From Malacoraja senta (Eukaryota): 64,000 bases of DNA. This document shows, in pieces, positions 38,839 through 51,368 of the stretch. The notes below the pieces were generated by a model. That model had not been told where the DNA came from. It was given only the letters and a program-made list of their open reading frames with translations, and made no database searches. A program made the translations under genes and the position numbers. Every line of letters begins with the position of its first letter. Within the stretch, counting starts at the first letter, position 1. The stretch covers positions 271,498,001 through 271,562,000 of the forward strand of contig CM075977.1 of assembly GCA_038087875.1 (NCBI GenBank). Reading direction: 5' to 3'.

Positions 38839-39053
38839 CTCCAAAGCCACTGCTAGCAATGTGAATATGCAGGGATTTGGGTACTTTGGAAATGGCAGGT
38901 GTCTGTGAAGGACAGGGCTTCACAGATAGTGACAAACATTGCAAGTGCTGGAGACCCATGAGAACTAGCTGGCTCCAGTAAATCCTGACCTCTGAAGAAG
39001 CCCCAAGAAGTTTCTGCTCATGTGACCCACCTGTCGCCACCAAGTCCGGGTTC
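38839..39053 (-). CDS. Putative host gene, coding exon 4: NPDLVATGGSHEQKLLG...LHIHIASSGFG
   Basis: Acceptor cctctttag|, donor GAG|GTAAGA. 215 nt, only one frame open (inside ORF 38747..39079), phase 2 to 1, non-repetitive sequence between two transposons. Confidence 0.65.
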
Positions 39054-39098
39054 CTAAAGAGGTTTTTGTTATGCTTCATTACACTGACGCTTAATGCA

Positions 39099-39720
39099 TG
39101 TCTGTGATTGCTTGGGGAAGTTTTATGTTTCTACTTTGTGTCAGTGTCTTCCCGCCGGTAATTGTGATTGGTCTAAGAGGGGTTACCTCACCGAATACGT
39201 ATTTACCTTGTTTCTGTAGATTGAATAAGTGCCGTGATTGGTTTGTAGGGGCTGCCCCCCTCCCCTGTACTTTCGCGCCGTTAGTTTTCCCGCCACTGTA
39301 TAGGGGTATAAAATGGTGAGTAATTCGTTAGGGCGTGTCGGCTGCTCGGCGCGGACTTGGGCCGAAGGGCCTGTTTACGCGCTCTATCTCTAAACTAAAC
39401 TAACTAAACACAGAAAAAAAATATTACTTGTGCTGGAACAAAAATATTTATTAGATGGATGCTGATATTGAATAAAAGGGGTGCAAAAGGTCTCAACTAT
39501 TTATAAGTAACCACATGCATCTCAATTATGTAATCTAACACTATCTTTATAGTCCAACACAGAAAAAATATATATTACTTGTGTTGGACTATAAAGAGGC
39601 TGCTGAGGGCTCGGGTGAGTGGATCTGAGGCCGGCCCCGCTGTGTTGTATACAAATAAAGAAGGGTTTGGACTCCAGTGTTCGACTCAGTGGTTTACTGA
39701 CCCAGACTAGGGAGAGAGTA
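39099..39720 (+). mobile_element. Probable solo LTR, interrupted by a templated insertion (39347-39597)
   Basis: Repeated GTGATTG(G) boxes, TTTCGCGCC and TTTTCCCGCC motifs, GGGGTATAAAA TATA box at ~39303, AATAAA at ~39654. Ends and TSD not resolved. Confidence 0.5.
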
Positions 39721-40509
39721 TTAGATCCAGAATCAACAGCAAAGGCAGGCATTGATGGCAAAATTTACCACAGCACTTCAGTGACATAGTCTTTGGCTGT
39801 ATGAGGTAAGATGGATTTGTAAACATAGCAGCAGTATACCCTGCCTTTCTGTATATTTCTAATAATAATAATAATAATAATAATACATCATATATCTTTA
39901 TTGGCATTGTACAAGAACAATGAGATTAAAATTGCAATCTCCGTATCGATGCTATAAAATATATAAATAAGGTAAAAGTACAAGTAGGTCCTTGTACACT
40001 GAGTGTTTGTAGGTTAGTTACCAAAAATAGAAAAAATCAATATTCATACTGTTGGGTATGAATGGCTGTATATTGAATAATGTATTAAGTAACCTGTTAG
40101 AAAAATCAGCCATAATAAGGGGTTGTAATGTAGGAGCCATTAATACAATGAGAACAGTCTTCAAATTATTTCCAGATGAAACCTTTAAGCCTATAAGTGT
40201 TAATCAGTAGTGAAATTACTTAAGGAGCATTGTGTAAACAAACAGAACTGCCCGTGAAAGTGATCACACTACCCCGGCTCACGGCAGGAGGCCAATTAAT
40301 AGACATGCTTTGGAAACTGACATGAGACATTCTTGTTTGTATCCGCTGAATGTATCATGTTAATTGGCTTACATCAAACCAGGCATCAAAAACCTTCAGC
40401 TGAGATCTTTTGCAATACAGAGATCAAGGAAGGTTCCCAACCAGGCTGGCTACTTTGCCACATAGCATTCCAATCATGGTCACAGACATACTTGTTCTGA
40501 AAATCAATA

Positions 40510-41006
40510 CAGGTCCACCACCGACTTTCCGGCAACTGGTGGTCCGGCACCTCCTTTAATCCAGACAAAATCATGAGAGTGCACTTGAAATCCCTCCGGG
40601 AGGACCCCCGGAGAATGCAGTGCCTAGTCCGGGTGTGGCGGCCGGTCTCGACCTCCTCAGGACTTCTGTGCAAATCGGCGGGTCGAATTTGTCCCCTGCG
40701 GCCGGAGCTCCGGAACACCGGCCCGGCCGGAGTTGGCAGATCCGTTCCCATAGCCGACCTCCTCGGCTGATCGGCGGGTCAAATTTGTCTCCTGTGGCTG
40801 GAACTCTAGAACACCGGCCCGGCCGGAGCCCGCAGTTCCATTTCCATAGCCAACTTCTGAGGCTGACTTTGCAAGCTGGTATCTCGGCTTCTCAGACCTA
40901 TACCGTTGGACTCCTCTCAGAGACCATGACCTCTGTTGGTCTAGCAAAACCGATCTTCCAGAAAGGCTTTGGAAACAAGGATGCTGGAAACTTGGTGGTG
41001 GACCTG
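40510..41006. mobile_element. Tc1/mariner (Tigger/pogo-like) MITE
   Basis: TIR CAGGTCCACCAC, TA TSD, internal ~95-bp tandem duplication (40674-40866). Confidence 0.85.
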
Positions 41007-41861
41007 TATTTTGGGTGTTTTGTGCACCCAGATTGGTCAGTGATTACAATGCCATGGTAAAATAGTTTGGATAGCTGGGTTTGTATTCTGAAAAGCTTTT
41101 ACAAAATTGATGAGAACTACTTTATTCTAACAAAGGTGTTCGATATTCAGAGTTTAGCCTGTCAGTTAAGATGCACTCCCGTCATAAATGTATCATCCAT
41201 CAAAACCATTTGTCAACATCTAAAATATTGAAGCTATTCTGACAATTGGAAGTTGTAGTTAATCGCTTGAGGCTATATTTGTCCTTTAAGGATATAAAAG
41301 CTCAATGTACTTTGAGTTCAGGGAGATATTATCAAGGGATTCTCCCAACAAGGTTGCCCCTGTATGTCTGTTTGTGCTGCATAAAGACCTGTCCCCGAGA
41401 GTTCTAAGCTAATATCAGCCTTAATTGAAGTTGCCTGATAACAAATGACCTTAAAGCGTAGAATACAGTCAAGCAGAAGATTTATTTTGAAAACTGAATT
41501 GTGTTTATTTATGACTCATAGGGTACATGAGAGAAGGACACAAAAAGCTGGAGTAACTCAGCAGGCCTGTCCCATTGAGTTACTCTAGCTTTTTGTGTCT
41601 ATCTTCGGTTTAAACCAGCATCTGCAGTCCCTTCTTACACATGAGATAAGGAACCAGAAGCTCCTCTCTGCAAAACGGCTGACAGTGTCTCTTTGGATTA
41701 CATTATTTATTGTTGGAGGACTAAACCATGATTGTAATAAAAATATAATATTTGCTACTTTACTAGTATCACACACTTTTAAATAAAAATATATGTTCAG
41801 TGGTGGTATGTTCTGATCTAAATTCATTTTCCAATGTTCAAATCTGCATGAAAAAATATTT

Positions 41862-42130
41862 TCAGTTCAGTTCAGAGGAACAGCATGGAAACCGGCCCTT
41901 CGGCCCACCGAGTCCGTGCCGACCAGCGATCACCCTGTACATTATCCTACACATTAGGGACAATTTACAGAAGCCAATAGACCTACAGACCTGTACATCT
42001 TTGGAGTGTAGGAGGAAACCGGAGCACCCGGAGTAAAGAGGGAGAAGGTACAACCTCAGTACAGACAACACCCATAGTCAGGATCAAATCCAAGTCTCTT
42101 GTGCTGTTGGGCTGCAACTCTATCTCTGCA
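41862..42130 (-). mobile_element. V-SINE
   Basis: Same family. Confidence 0.8.
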
Positions 42131-42299
42131 CAAAATATCTGCATTACTTACAGGCCTACTTTGTAGTTGCAGGTCTAACTGTAAACATAGTAGTAATAGT
42201 TGGAAATGCAGCACAGATCAATTATGATTTGAAAGAGACAGCATTGTGGTGCAGCAGTTAGTCCTGCTGCCTCAGAGCACCAACAACTGGGGTCATAAC

Positions 42300-43700
42300 T
42301 TCATAAAACATAGCAGCAGAAATAGGCCATTCATCATATTGGGTCTGCTCTGCCATTCAATCATGGCTGATATATATTTCCCTTTCAGCCCCATTCTCCT
42401 GCCTTCCCCCTGTAACCTTCCACACCCTTACTAATCAAGAACCTCTCTATCTCCGTTTTAAAAATACCCAAAGACTTGGCCTCTATTGCCTTCTGTGTTA
42501 ATGAATTCATCAGATTCACCACCCTCTGGCTAAATAAATTTCTCCTCATCTCTTCTCTAAAGGTATGTCCTCTTATTTTGCAGCTACGCCCTCTGGGCCT
42601 AGACTCTCCCACATCCACTATTTGAGCTTTTCATCATATGCTAAGTTTCAATAAGATTCCCCCCCTCATCCTAAACTCCAGCTAGTACAGACCAGAGCCA
42701 TCAAACGGTCATCATACGTTAAACCACTCATCCCAGGGATCATTCTCGTAAACCTCCTCTGGACCCTCTCCAGTGCCAGCAAATTTCTCCTTTCATATAG
42801 GGCCCAAAACTGCTCACAAATAAGCGCAGACTTAAATGTGATCTGACCAGTCCCTGATAATTCCTCAGAATTACATCCTGTTTCATATTCTAGTCCTCTC
42901 AAAATGAATGCTAACATTCCATTTGCCTTCCTTACTACCAATTCGACTTGCAAATTAACTTTTTGGGAATCTTGCATCAGCACTCCCAAGTCCCTTTGCA
43001 CCTCTGATTTCTGAATCCTCTCCCCATTTAGAAAATAGTTTGTGTCTTTATTCATACTACCAAAATCCATCACTGCACGATTAGCTACACTGTATTCCAT
43101 CTGCTCCTTCTTTGTCCACTCTCCTAACCTGCAGTGTCCCTGCTTTCCCTACACTACCCCGCCCACTATCTTTGTATCATCTGCAAACCTGGCCACAAAG
43201 CCTTCAATTCCCTCAGCCAAATCATTGATAAACAACGTGAAGAGTAGTGGCTCCAGGACTGACACCCGCAGAACACCGCTAGTGACTGGCCGCCAATCAG
43301 AAAAAGCCCCCTTTATTGATACTCTTTGCCTTTTGCCATCTAGCCAACCTGCGATCCATGCTAGTATCTTCCCTCTGATACCATGGGCTCTCATTTTGTT
43401 TAGCAGCCTCGTGTGTAACAAAGGCCTTCTGAAAATCCAAGTAAACATAAGCCACTTACTCTCCTTTGTCTATTCTGCTATCTACTTCCAACAGAAAGAA
43501 TTCCAACATATTTGTCAGGCTAGATGTCCCCTTCACAAAACCATGCTGACTTCTGCCTATTTTATCGCGTGCTTCTGCGTATTTAAAGGCTTTGTCCTTA
43601 ATAATGGACCAATCTTACCAACCACTGAGGTCAGACTAACTGGCCTATAGCTTCCCCTCGATTGCTTTGTTGCCTTCTTGAACAGTTGGATAACATTTGC
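42300..43700 (-). mobile_element. CR1 LINE RT portion
   Basis: ORFs 43149..43448 (FADDTK) and 42666..43100. Confidence 0.9.
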
Positions 43701-44941
43701 AGTTTTCAGTCATGACGAAGTGCAGGCTGTCGCTTATTCATTATCTCTTTGATTTTCTCCAAATATTGTTGTTTCCTTCCATGTCAATAGAGAATAGACA
43801 AATAGACAATAGACAATAGGTGCAGGAGTAGGCCTTTTGGCCCTTCGAGCCAGCACTGCCATTCAATGAGATCATGGCTGATCATCTCCAATCAGTACCC
43901 CGTTCCTGCCTTCTCACCATATCTCCTGACTCCACTATCTTTAAGAGCCCTATCTAGCTCTCACTTGAAAGCATCCAGAGAACTGGCCTCCGCCGTCCTC
44001 TGAGGCAGAGAATTCCACAGACTCACAACTCTCTGTGTGAAAAGGTGTTTCCTCATCTCTGTTCTAAATGGCTTACCCCTTATTCTTAAACAGTGGCCCC
44101 TAGTTCTGGACTCCCCCAACATCGGGAACATAATTCAATTCTATAAGTCGAACATAAGTCGATTCTGGTCGGTCAATTGGATGCTGTAAATTAGCCCTGA
44201 GTGTGGGTTTACGGCAAAAAGCATCAAATAAGACATATCACCCACTGAGTTTCTCCAGCATTTTTGTCTACCTTCGATTTTCCAGCATCTGCAGTTCCTT
44301 CTTAAACATAAGGAATTGTAGATGGTGGAAACGTGAGCAAAACACATAGTGCGGGAGGAAGGGTCAGGTAGCATCTATGGAGGAAATGAACAGGCATTGT
44401 ATCGGGTTGGGACCTCCCCAGACTTAAAAAATCAACGGAGATTTGATCAAATCAAAGGAGAGGGAAAAAATCGCAGAATGTTGGGGAAGTAAGAAAGGTG
44501 GAATGGAAGTAATAAGGTTACTTCCCTGGGTGCCAGCTTGGACTGAACGTCTTATCATAAGACATAATTTTTAATCAGAACTAATTGAAAGAAAAATGTA
44601 TTCTTAAAATCTACAAGGTCATGACCAGATTTGTGAGGAAAAAAAACAAGGAAAGGGAAGAGTGGGATTAATTTTAATGGAAATCTTGGATCCACATCTA
44701 TTCAATAAACATTCCCCCACTGAACTGAAGAGGCATTAGTTTATTGATTAACATGTCCACTAGTCAAGTTGTTCTTGGTTGTCTGGTGGAATGATATATT
44801 CTTTCCATTTGAGGTTCGCAGCTTTTTGACAGGTTGACTAAGTGTCTTCCAGGTTCCCTATGTGTATGGCCTATATACAGAAGCAATACGCGCCCATGAT
44901 AATGACCAAATGATAACATTGCGTATTTGAATCCCACTTAC

Positions 44942-45009
44942 TTTATATTATTTTTTGCATGTGGGGCCAGGAAACAGGGTCCGCCACTCAAGCAGAAATG
45001 TAAGCATGA
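44942..45009 (-). CDS. Putative host gene, coding exon 3: SCLHFCLSGGPCFLAPHAKNNI(K)
   Basis: Weak AT-rich acceptor ttaaatag|, donor AA|GTAAGT. 68 nt, phase 0 to 2, exactly bridging exons 2 and 4. Confidence 0.4.
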
Positions 45010-45082
45010 CTATTTAACCATGAATATTTAATTCCCATTCATCTGGCTTGAGCTTGGTTTCTCAAATTGTCACTTTAGGAGA

Positions 45083-45385
45083 GGGCAGCACAGTGACGCA
45101 GCAGTAGGGTTGCTACCTTACAGTGTCAGAGACCCGTTTTCGATCCTGACCTCAGCTGCTGTCTGTATGGAGTTTGTACATTCTCCCTGTGACCGCGTGG
45201 GTTTTCTCTGGGTGCTCCAGTTTCCTCCCACATTGCTGATATTTGCAGATTTGTAGGTTAATTGGTTTTGGTAAAAATTGTAAATTGTTCCTTGTGTAGA
45301 TTAGTGTTATGTACAGGCTAAGTATTACGGACTCGGTGAACCGAGTAGGCCTGTTTCCGCACTGTATCTCTGAGGTCTAAATGTA
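45083..45385 (+). mobile_element. V-SINE
   Basis: Same family. Confidence 0.8.
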
Positions 45386-45457
45386 AAGTCTCAAGATAAT
45401 CCTATTTGTATCATACTTAATGTTCACGTGCCTCTATGGCCTTGACATGCATAGTTA

Positions 45458-46201
45458 CGGGCCTGTCCCACTTGGGCGACCTAATCCGCGAGTCCAGAAG
45501 AGTGCCTTCGACCTTCAAGCTTCAGGGCACTCGCCTGGAAAGCCTCGAGCTGGATCGACCGGCCGCATTGAATCCGCAAGCTGGATCGTTCGACCGAACC
45601 ACACCCCCCCCCCACACGCCGCGAGGGTGGGGGCCAGGGAAAGTGGAGGAGCGCTGACTGCGCGATGAAGAGGAAGGTAAATGGCTGCCACAAAGTACCG
45701 TAAGTCCTTTAGAGAGAGCGGGGGGGGGGGAGAGAGAAGGGGAGAAAAGGGGGGGGAGAAGGGGAGAGAAGGGGGTCTAGAAGGAGTGAAGACACTTTTA
45801 AGAAGTTTAATAAAGTTTAGCGGGTATTTTACCTACAGGTAGGTCTTCCTAGGTCGTGAAACTCCAATGAGCCAATCAAAATGGCCGGTCAGCGAAGGAG
45901 ATTGCTTGCGGCTGCCCTCGAGTGCCTGTAAATAAATAGCGACCCCACTCCACTTCACCACGAGTGGAAAAGACCCATGTGAACCAAGTATTTTTCTCAC
46001 AGAAGATTTTTCAATATCCTGAAAAAATTTCCGCGACCTAGCTGAGGCCGCGAGTAGGCGGGAACCTCCCTCGAGCATGAAGGAGAGTTCCAACCACCTG
46101 ATACGACCTCCTAGGACCTCGTGTCGACCATGCTGTGAGTTTGAGTCCAGGGCAAACTCTTGTAAACTCGCAGCTTAGGTCGCCCAAGTGGGACAGGCCC
46201 T
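45458..46201. mobile_element. Harbinger-type MITE
   Basis: TIR GGGCCTGTCCCACTTGGGCGACCTAA, TSD TTA. Confidence 0.88.
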
Positions 46202-46705
46202 TTATGAATCTGTATTGCAGGCCCACCTGAGTCTACCTCGTATGTTTCTGCTTCCCCAACATCCTTCTGATTTCTCCTGTTTCTATTCTCATGTTTCTTG
46301 TCCCTTTCCCTGCACACTTTGTCTGTCTCCATTGATCCTTTATATTGGCAGCTTGGCTCCTGTTAATCTAGGCTAAATAACTCCCCAACTTTGCAGGTTT
46401 AAGAAAGAACTGCAGATGCTGGAAAAATCTAAGGTAGACAAAAATGCTGGAGAAACTCAGCGGGTGAGGCAGCATCTATGGAATAGGTGACATTTTGCGA
46501 TGGAATAGGTGACATTTTGGGTCGAGATCCTTCTTCAGCCCCGAATTGTCACCAATTTCTTCGCTCCATAGATGCTGCCTCACCCGTTGAGTTTCTCCAG
46601 CATTTTTGTCTACCCCCAACTTCCCATGGTCTTATTAGTCCCTCCCAGGCATCATGTAAAAACCTCTTCAGTGCCTCACCCGACACATGAAGGCAAACAA
46701 CTTAC

Positions 46706-46752
46706 CTCTCCAGACTCCAGAGATTGGACAGGGTTGCAGAACCTGAAACGGT
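46706..46752 (-). CDS. Putative host gene, coding exon 2: (Y)RFRFCNPVQSLESGE
   Basis: Acceptor tatttccag|, strong donor GAG|GTAAGT. 47 nt, phase 1 to 0. Confidence 0.5.
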
Positions 46753-48397
46753 CTGGAAATAATATCATTGCTGTTTGGGAAATAACGTCCTGATATCTCC
46801 CGGTGAGAACATGGTCCAAAGATTGGTGAGATTAGGTGTCAGAGAGCTAGATATCAGTCCCAGTATGGTCGATGTGAATAGATGGCCAAACTACGACTTT
46901 GCTTTTGCCAGCAGGTTTCTTCATGAAGAGAGAGCTGCAAGTTCTCCTCCCACTTTGAACAAGGCCAGGGTTCCCTTTGTCCTCACTTCCTACATCAAAC
47001 CTCAGCATTCAAAGTGAAATTATCTGTATTTTCCATCACCCACTACATAAGGCCACATGTTTGTACCATCATTCCCCCCCCCCCCCCCCCCCCCACCAGC
47101 TCCCTTCTTCCCACCCTCCCCCCACTATTATCTCCAGGTACTTTCTCTCTTGGTCTTCCGAGATTCTTCCCTCCAGGGTGCTTTGCTTCTTTCTTCCACT
47201 AATGTTTACTTCTTACAATCACAGACTGCGTAGCACCCAGCCTTCAACCTCTTCCCTTCTTGCATTCCAGGCACCCACACTTACAATTCAGATGAAGTCA
47301 CACTTTTTCAGCACTTCCTCCAATCTAAAGGGTACTGTAATGGGCACTCACAATACAATCTCCATAAGAAATGCAGTTTTGCATAATGTATTCCTTGCTC
47401 TCACATTCTATGCCCTAACCTCATACAACAAGAGTTAACATGAACAAGTAATAGACAATAGGTACAGGAGGAGGCCATTCGACCCTTTGAGCCAGCACCG
47501 CCATTCAATGTGATCATGGCTGATCATCCACAATCAGTACCCCGTTCCTGCCTTCTCCTCATATCCCTTGACTCCGCTATCCCTAAGTGCTCTATCTAAC
47601 TCTCTCTTGAAAGCATCCAGAGAACCAGTCTCCACCGCCCTCTGAGGCAGAGAATTCTAGACACTCACAACTCTTGGTGTGAAAAAGTGTTTCCTCATCT
47701 CCGTTCTAAATGGCTTACCCCTTATTCTTAAACTGTGGCCCGTAGATCTGGACTCCCCCAACACCGGGAACATGTTTCCTGCCTCTAGCGTGTCCAAACC
47801 CTTAATAATCTTATATGTTATATAATGAAGTCTTTCAAAAATTATGAATCTATTTTAAGTCGTTTCTGACGTAATCATATTTTGATATCATTGCTGTGAT
47901 GAGACAGTGTAAGGATCGCTAACACTAATGCAACATATATTAGAGATTTGAGGAAATGCAGATACTTAGAAATAAAGGACGTTCTTTTAGGAAGGAGATG
48001 AGGAGAAATTTATTTAGTCAGAGGGTGGATAATCTGTGGAATTCTTTGCCACAGAAGGCTGTGGGGGCCGTCAGTGGATATTTTTAAGGCTGAGATAGAT
48101 AGATGCTTGATTAGTACGGGTGTCAGAGGGTATGGGGAGAAGTCAGGAGAATGGGGTTAGGAGAGATCGATCAACCATGAATTTTATATCGAAGTCACAT
48201 GAGTGACTACATGAAGAGCCCACCAGTCCGCATGCGCGTCAATACGTGAAACGCATGGCGCATGGACTGGCTGGGGGGAACGTCGGTTTAAACACCTCTC
48301 AGGTAAGTGCAAACTTGCACTGGTTGTGTTTGGTGTACTTTATTTTCAACAAGTCTCTAGGTTGTGACTATGTGAAAGCCTAGGACTAAAAACCAAG

Positions 48398-49692
48398 ATG
48401 GGCCGCGGTAAAACCGGCAGCAGAAGATCGCGGCAGTGCGGGAAGCCGGCGGCCGTCCATTTCGACATCAGAGTCCGGTCTGCTCAGCTATCTCTGAATT
48501 GGCTCCTAAAGGGAACAGCTTGGCAGCCCCGAAGGGGGGGAAAAGCCAAAGCTAAAACAATGAGACAAATCCTGTCGGACGATTCAGGCCAGGAGGATTC
48601 TGCTCCCACATCCATGTCTGATGTATTAGGCCGTTTGTCTCAGATGGAGCATCTTATGGAGAAGATGCTGGCACACAATATGCTCCGTGTTACGGAGGCA
48701 TACTCAGGCAGTTCAATTTAATGCCTGCTGCAGCTCCTGGTCCAGGGTTGCTATTTTCCTCCCACTCGGACGAGGGGAGTGTCGGAGATCAGTATGCAGC
48801 TGACTCCGAATATGAATGTGTGCCAGAGGCCCATGCTGTAATGCATGATGTGCGTGTATTGCATAAAGAAGAGTTGCCCGCTCCTGCCACCAAATTTGCT
48901 GTTCCTTTGGGGACAGGCAAGCCACTTCAAGGGGAGTTGGCCAGCAGAATCAGCTACCTCACTATTTGGGATAATATTGGGTCCAGTACAAGATCCAGAG
49001 AACTGAAGCTTCAACGGATCCTGAGGCTATTGTCCTCAGGTATCACGGCCTTTGCTAGGTCAATCGATGAGGTTCAGTTATCGGAAGTTCAAGCGGATGC
49101 TATGGCACTGCTGTGCAACGCTCATTTTGAAATCAACTGCTTCCGGAAAGACGCCATCAAGCCAGAATTGAATCCAAAGTTTGCACATTTATGCAGGGCC
49201 AGCAATATTCAGCCTCCTAAATTCCTCTTCGGAGAAGACTTGAGCAAGCAGGTCAAGGACTTGCATGAGGAGTCAAAAGCTGCTGGCATGATCAAGCAGT
49301 TCTCGCCCATCCTGGAAGATGCGGCAGCCTCACGTCCCAACAGCTCAACCTTTCAGAGCGAGGGGGAAAAGACAGAACCAAAATTAAGGTCCACTGGCCC
49401 TGGTGTCAATCCACCTGTAACCTTTGAGGTAGGTGGCTCTGGTTCCATCAGTCATATGGGGTGTGCAGAGGAATTTCAAGTCGGTGGAAGGTTAAGTTTG
49501 TTCTTGCATGAATGGCGTCAGATAACTTCAGACACGTTTATATTGCACAGTATAAAGGGTTTCAAAATTGAGTTTTTGCATAACTCATTTCCACCTACAC
49601 AAGATACGCCAAGTCGGATGTATACTTGCTCCAAACAAGAGACTTTGGATATGCAAGCGGAAATACACATTGCACAAAAAAGGAGTAATTGA
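48398..49692 (+). pseudogene. DIRS ORF1 (gag-like) running into the RT N-terminus
   Basis: ORFs 48398..48721 and 48721..49692. LFGEDLSKQVK and VGGRLSLFLHEWRQIT are typical of DIRS ORF1 end and ORF2 start. Confidence 0.7.
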
Positions 49693-50958
49693 GAGATCAA
49701 TTCATGAAAAGGATCAATACATCTCTAATATATTCTCCAGGGAGAAGAAAGATGGTGGATGTCATATCATCCTTCATTTGGCAAATTTCAACTCACATGT
49801 GCAGTATAGACATTTAAAAATTGAGAATTTCCTTACTACTAAGCAGCTAATTTCCGAGGGCTGCTTTATGGCATGCATCGATCTCAAGGATGCATATTAT
49901 TTGATTCTGATTCACAAGGATCACCGCAGATATCTGAAGTTTGGCTGGATGGGGCAGCTGTGGCAGTTTAAAGTGTTACCTAATGGATTAAGCTCAGCTC
50001 CTCGGTTATTTACCAAACTGCTGAGGCCAGTGCTCGGCCTGCTCAGAGCTAAAGGGCATATTATTACGGGCTATATAGATGATATTCTGATCATCGGGAG
50101 ATTACTGCATTTGGCAAAACTAGCTGTTTCAGCTGCCAAGCTCCTTTTTTTTTCAGAAATTGGGGTTTATCATTCATCCAGCCAAATCCAGATTGATACC
50201 AACGAGGTCTATTGACTATTTAGGGTTAACTATCAACTCAGTGGAAATGTCTGTGACCCTGCCCATGGTGAAAAAACTAGATTTAATAGAAGCTTGTTAT
50301 AATCTTCTGATTACAGAAAAACCATCTATTCGCCAGGTGGCTAGAGTAATTGGCAAAATAGTGGCTGCCTTTCCAGACGCACGGTTTGGGCCTTTGCATT
50401 ATTGGAATCTGGAGCGTGCAAAGGATCAGGCAGTTAGATTCCACAAAGGTCATTTCGACAGACCTATGCAGTTGTTGCCAAAATTTAAAGCGGAGTTACA
50501 ATGGTGGACGACCAATATTCAACATTGCTCCGGCAGGTTTTTTGTCTAGTAAACCTACAACAACACTGCAGAGTGATGCAAGTGCACTGGGATGGGGAGC
50601 TACTAACACCATCTCTAGTTGCAGTTGCAGTGGCAGATGAAACATGAACGAGTTACCATTTAGTCGTAAATATGGTATCAATTACCTGGAAATGCTGGGA
50701 GCATTTTATGCCTTGAAGGCTTACTGTGGGAAGCTACATGATGTGCATGTTAGACTTCAAATGGATAACACTACGGCAGTGGCATATATTAATCACATGG
50801 GTGGAAACAAATCAGTATCCTGTGATACTTTAGCTAATCTCATTTGGAATTGGTGTATAGACAGGAGAATTTGGATCTCAGCTGCTTACTTGCCGGGAAG
50901 ATTTAATAGGCAGATGCTAGATCTCATAAAATCAATGATCACACTGAGTGGATGTTGA
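49568..50958 (+). pseudogene. DIRS reverse transcriptase and RNase H (frameshifted)
   Basis: IDLKDAY, LPNGLSSAPRLFTK, YIDD. RH: SDASALGWGA, INYLEM, MDNTTAVAYINHMGG. Confidence 0.9.
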
Positions 50959-51368
50959 ATCAAAAAGTATTTAATGACATTATAGCTCATTATGGAACAC
51001 CTGATATTGATTTGTTCGCCTCCAGGCTTAATCACCAATTACCAAGATATGTAGCATGGGAGCCAGACCCAGGGGCGGAGGCTATAGATGCATTCTCTAT
51101 AGACTGGGGGGGGGGGGGAATGTTCTTCTATGTTTTCCCTCCATTCTGCCTCGTTGGACGATGCTTGCAAAAAATCATGCAATACTTTGCATCGGGTATT
51201 TTAGTAGTGTCTAACTGGTCTACACAACCATGGTTCCCTTTACTGATAGGAGTATTGAAGGAACCACCCATGGTTGTTCATAGACATGAACATTTGCTTA
51301 TTCAGCCCATTTCTCGGGAACCTCATCCTCTACATGACAGAATCGACCTGTTAATTTGCAGAATCTGA
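50952..51368 (+). pseudogene. DIRS methyltransferase-like (MT) domain
   Basis: IDLFASRLN...DAFSIDW...YVFPPF motif, characteristic of the DIRS1 ORF2 C-terminus. Confidence 0.85.

Noticed and set aside
39769-39858. Extra minus-strand exon candidate (IYRKAGYTAAMF...)
   Set aside because: The acceptor is an (ATT)n microsatellite, and phase 1-to-1 does not fit the phase-2 entry of exon 4.
40373-40497. Extra minus-strand exon candidate (NKYVCDHDW...)
   Set aside because: The acceptor abuts a MITE end, and all frames stop before the GTAAGC donor.
50952-51368. Horizontally acquired bacterial or phage adenine methyltransferase
   Set aside because: It is the standard MT-like domain of DIRS1 elements, in its normal position.
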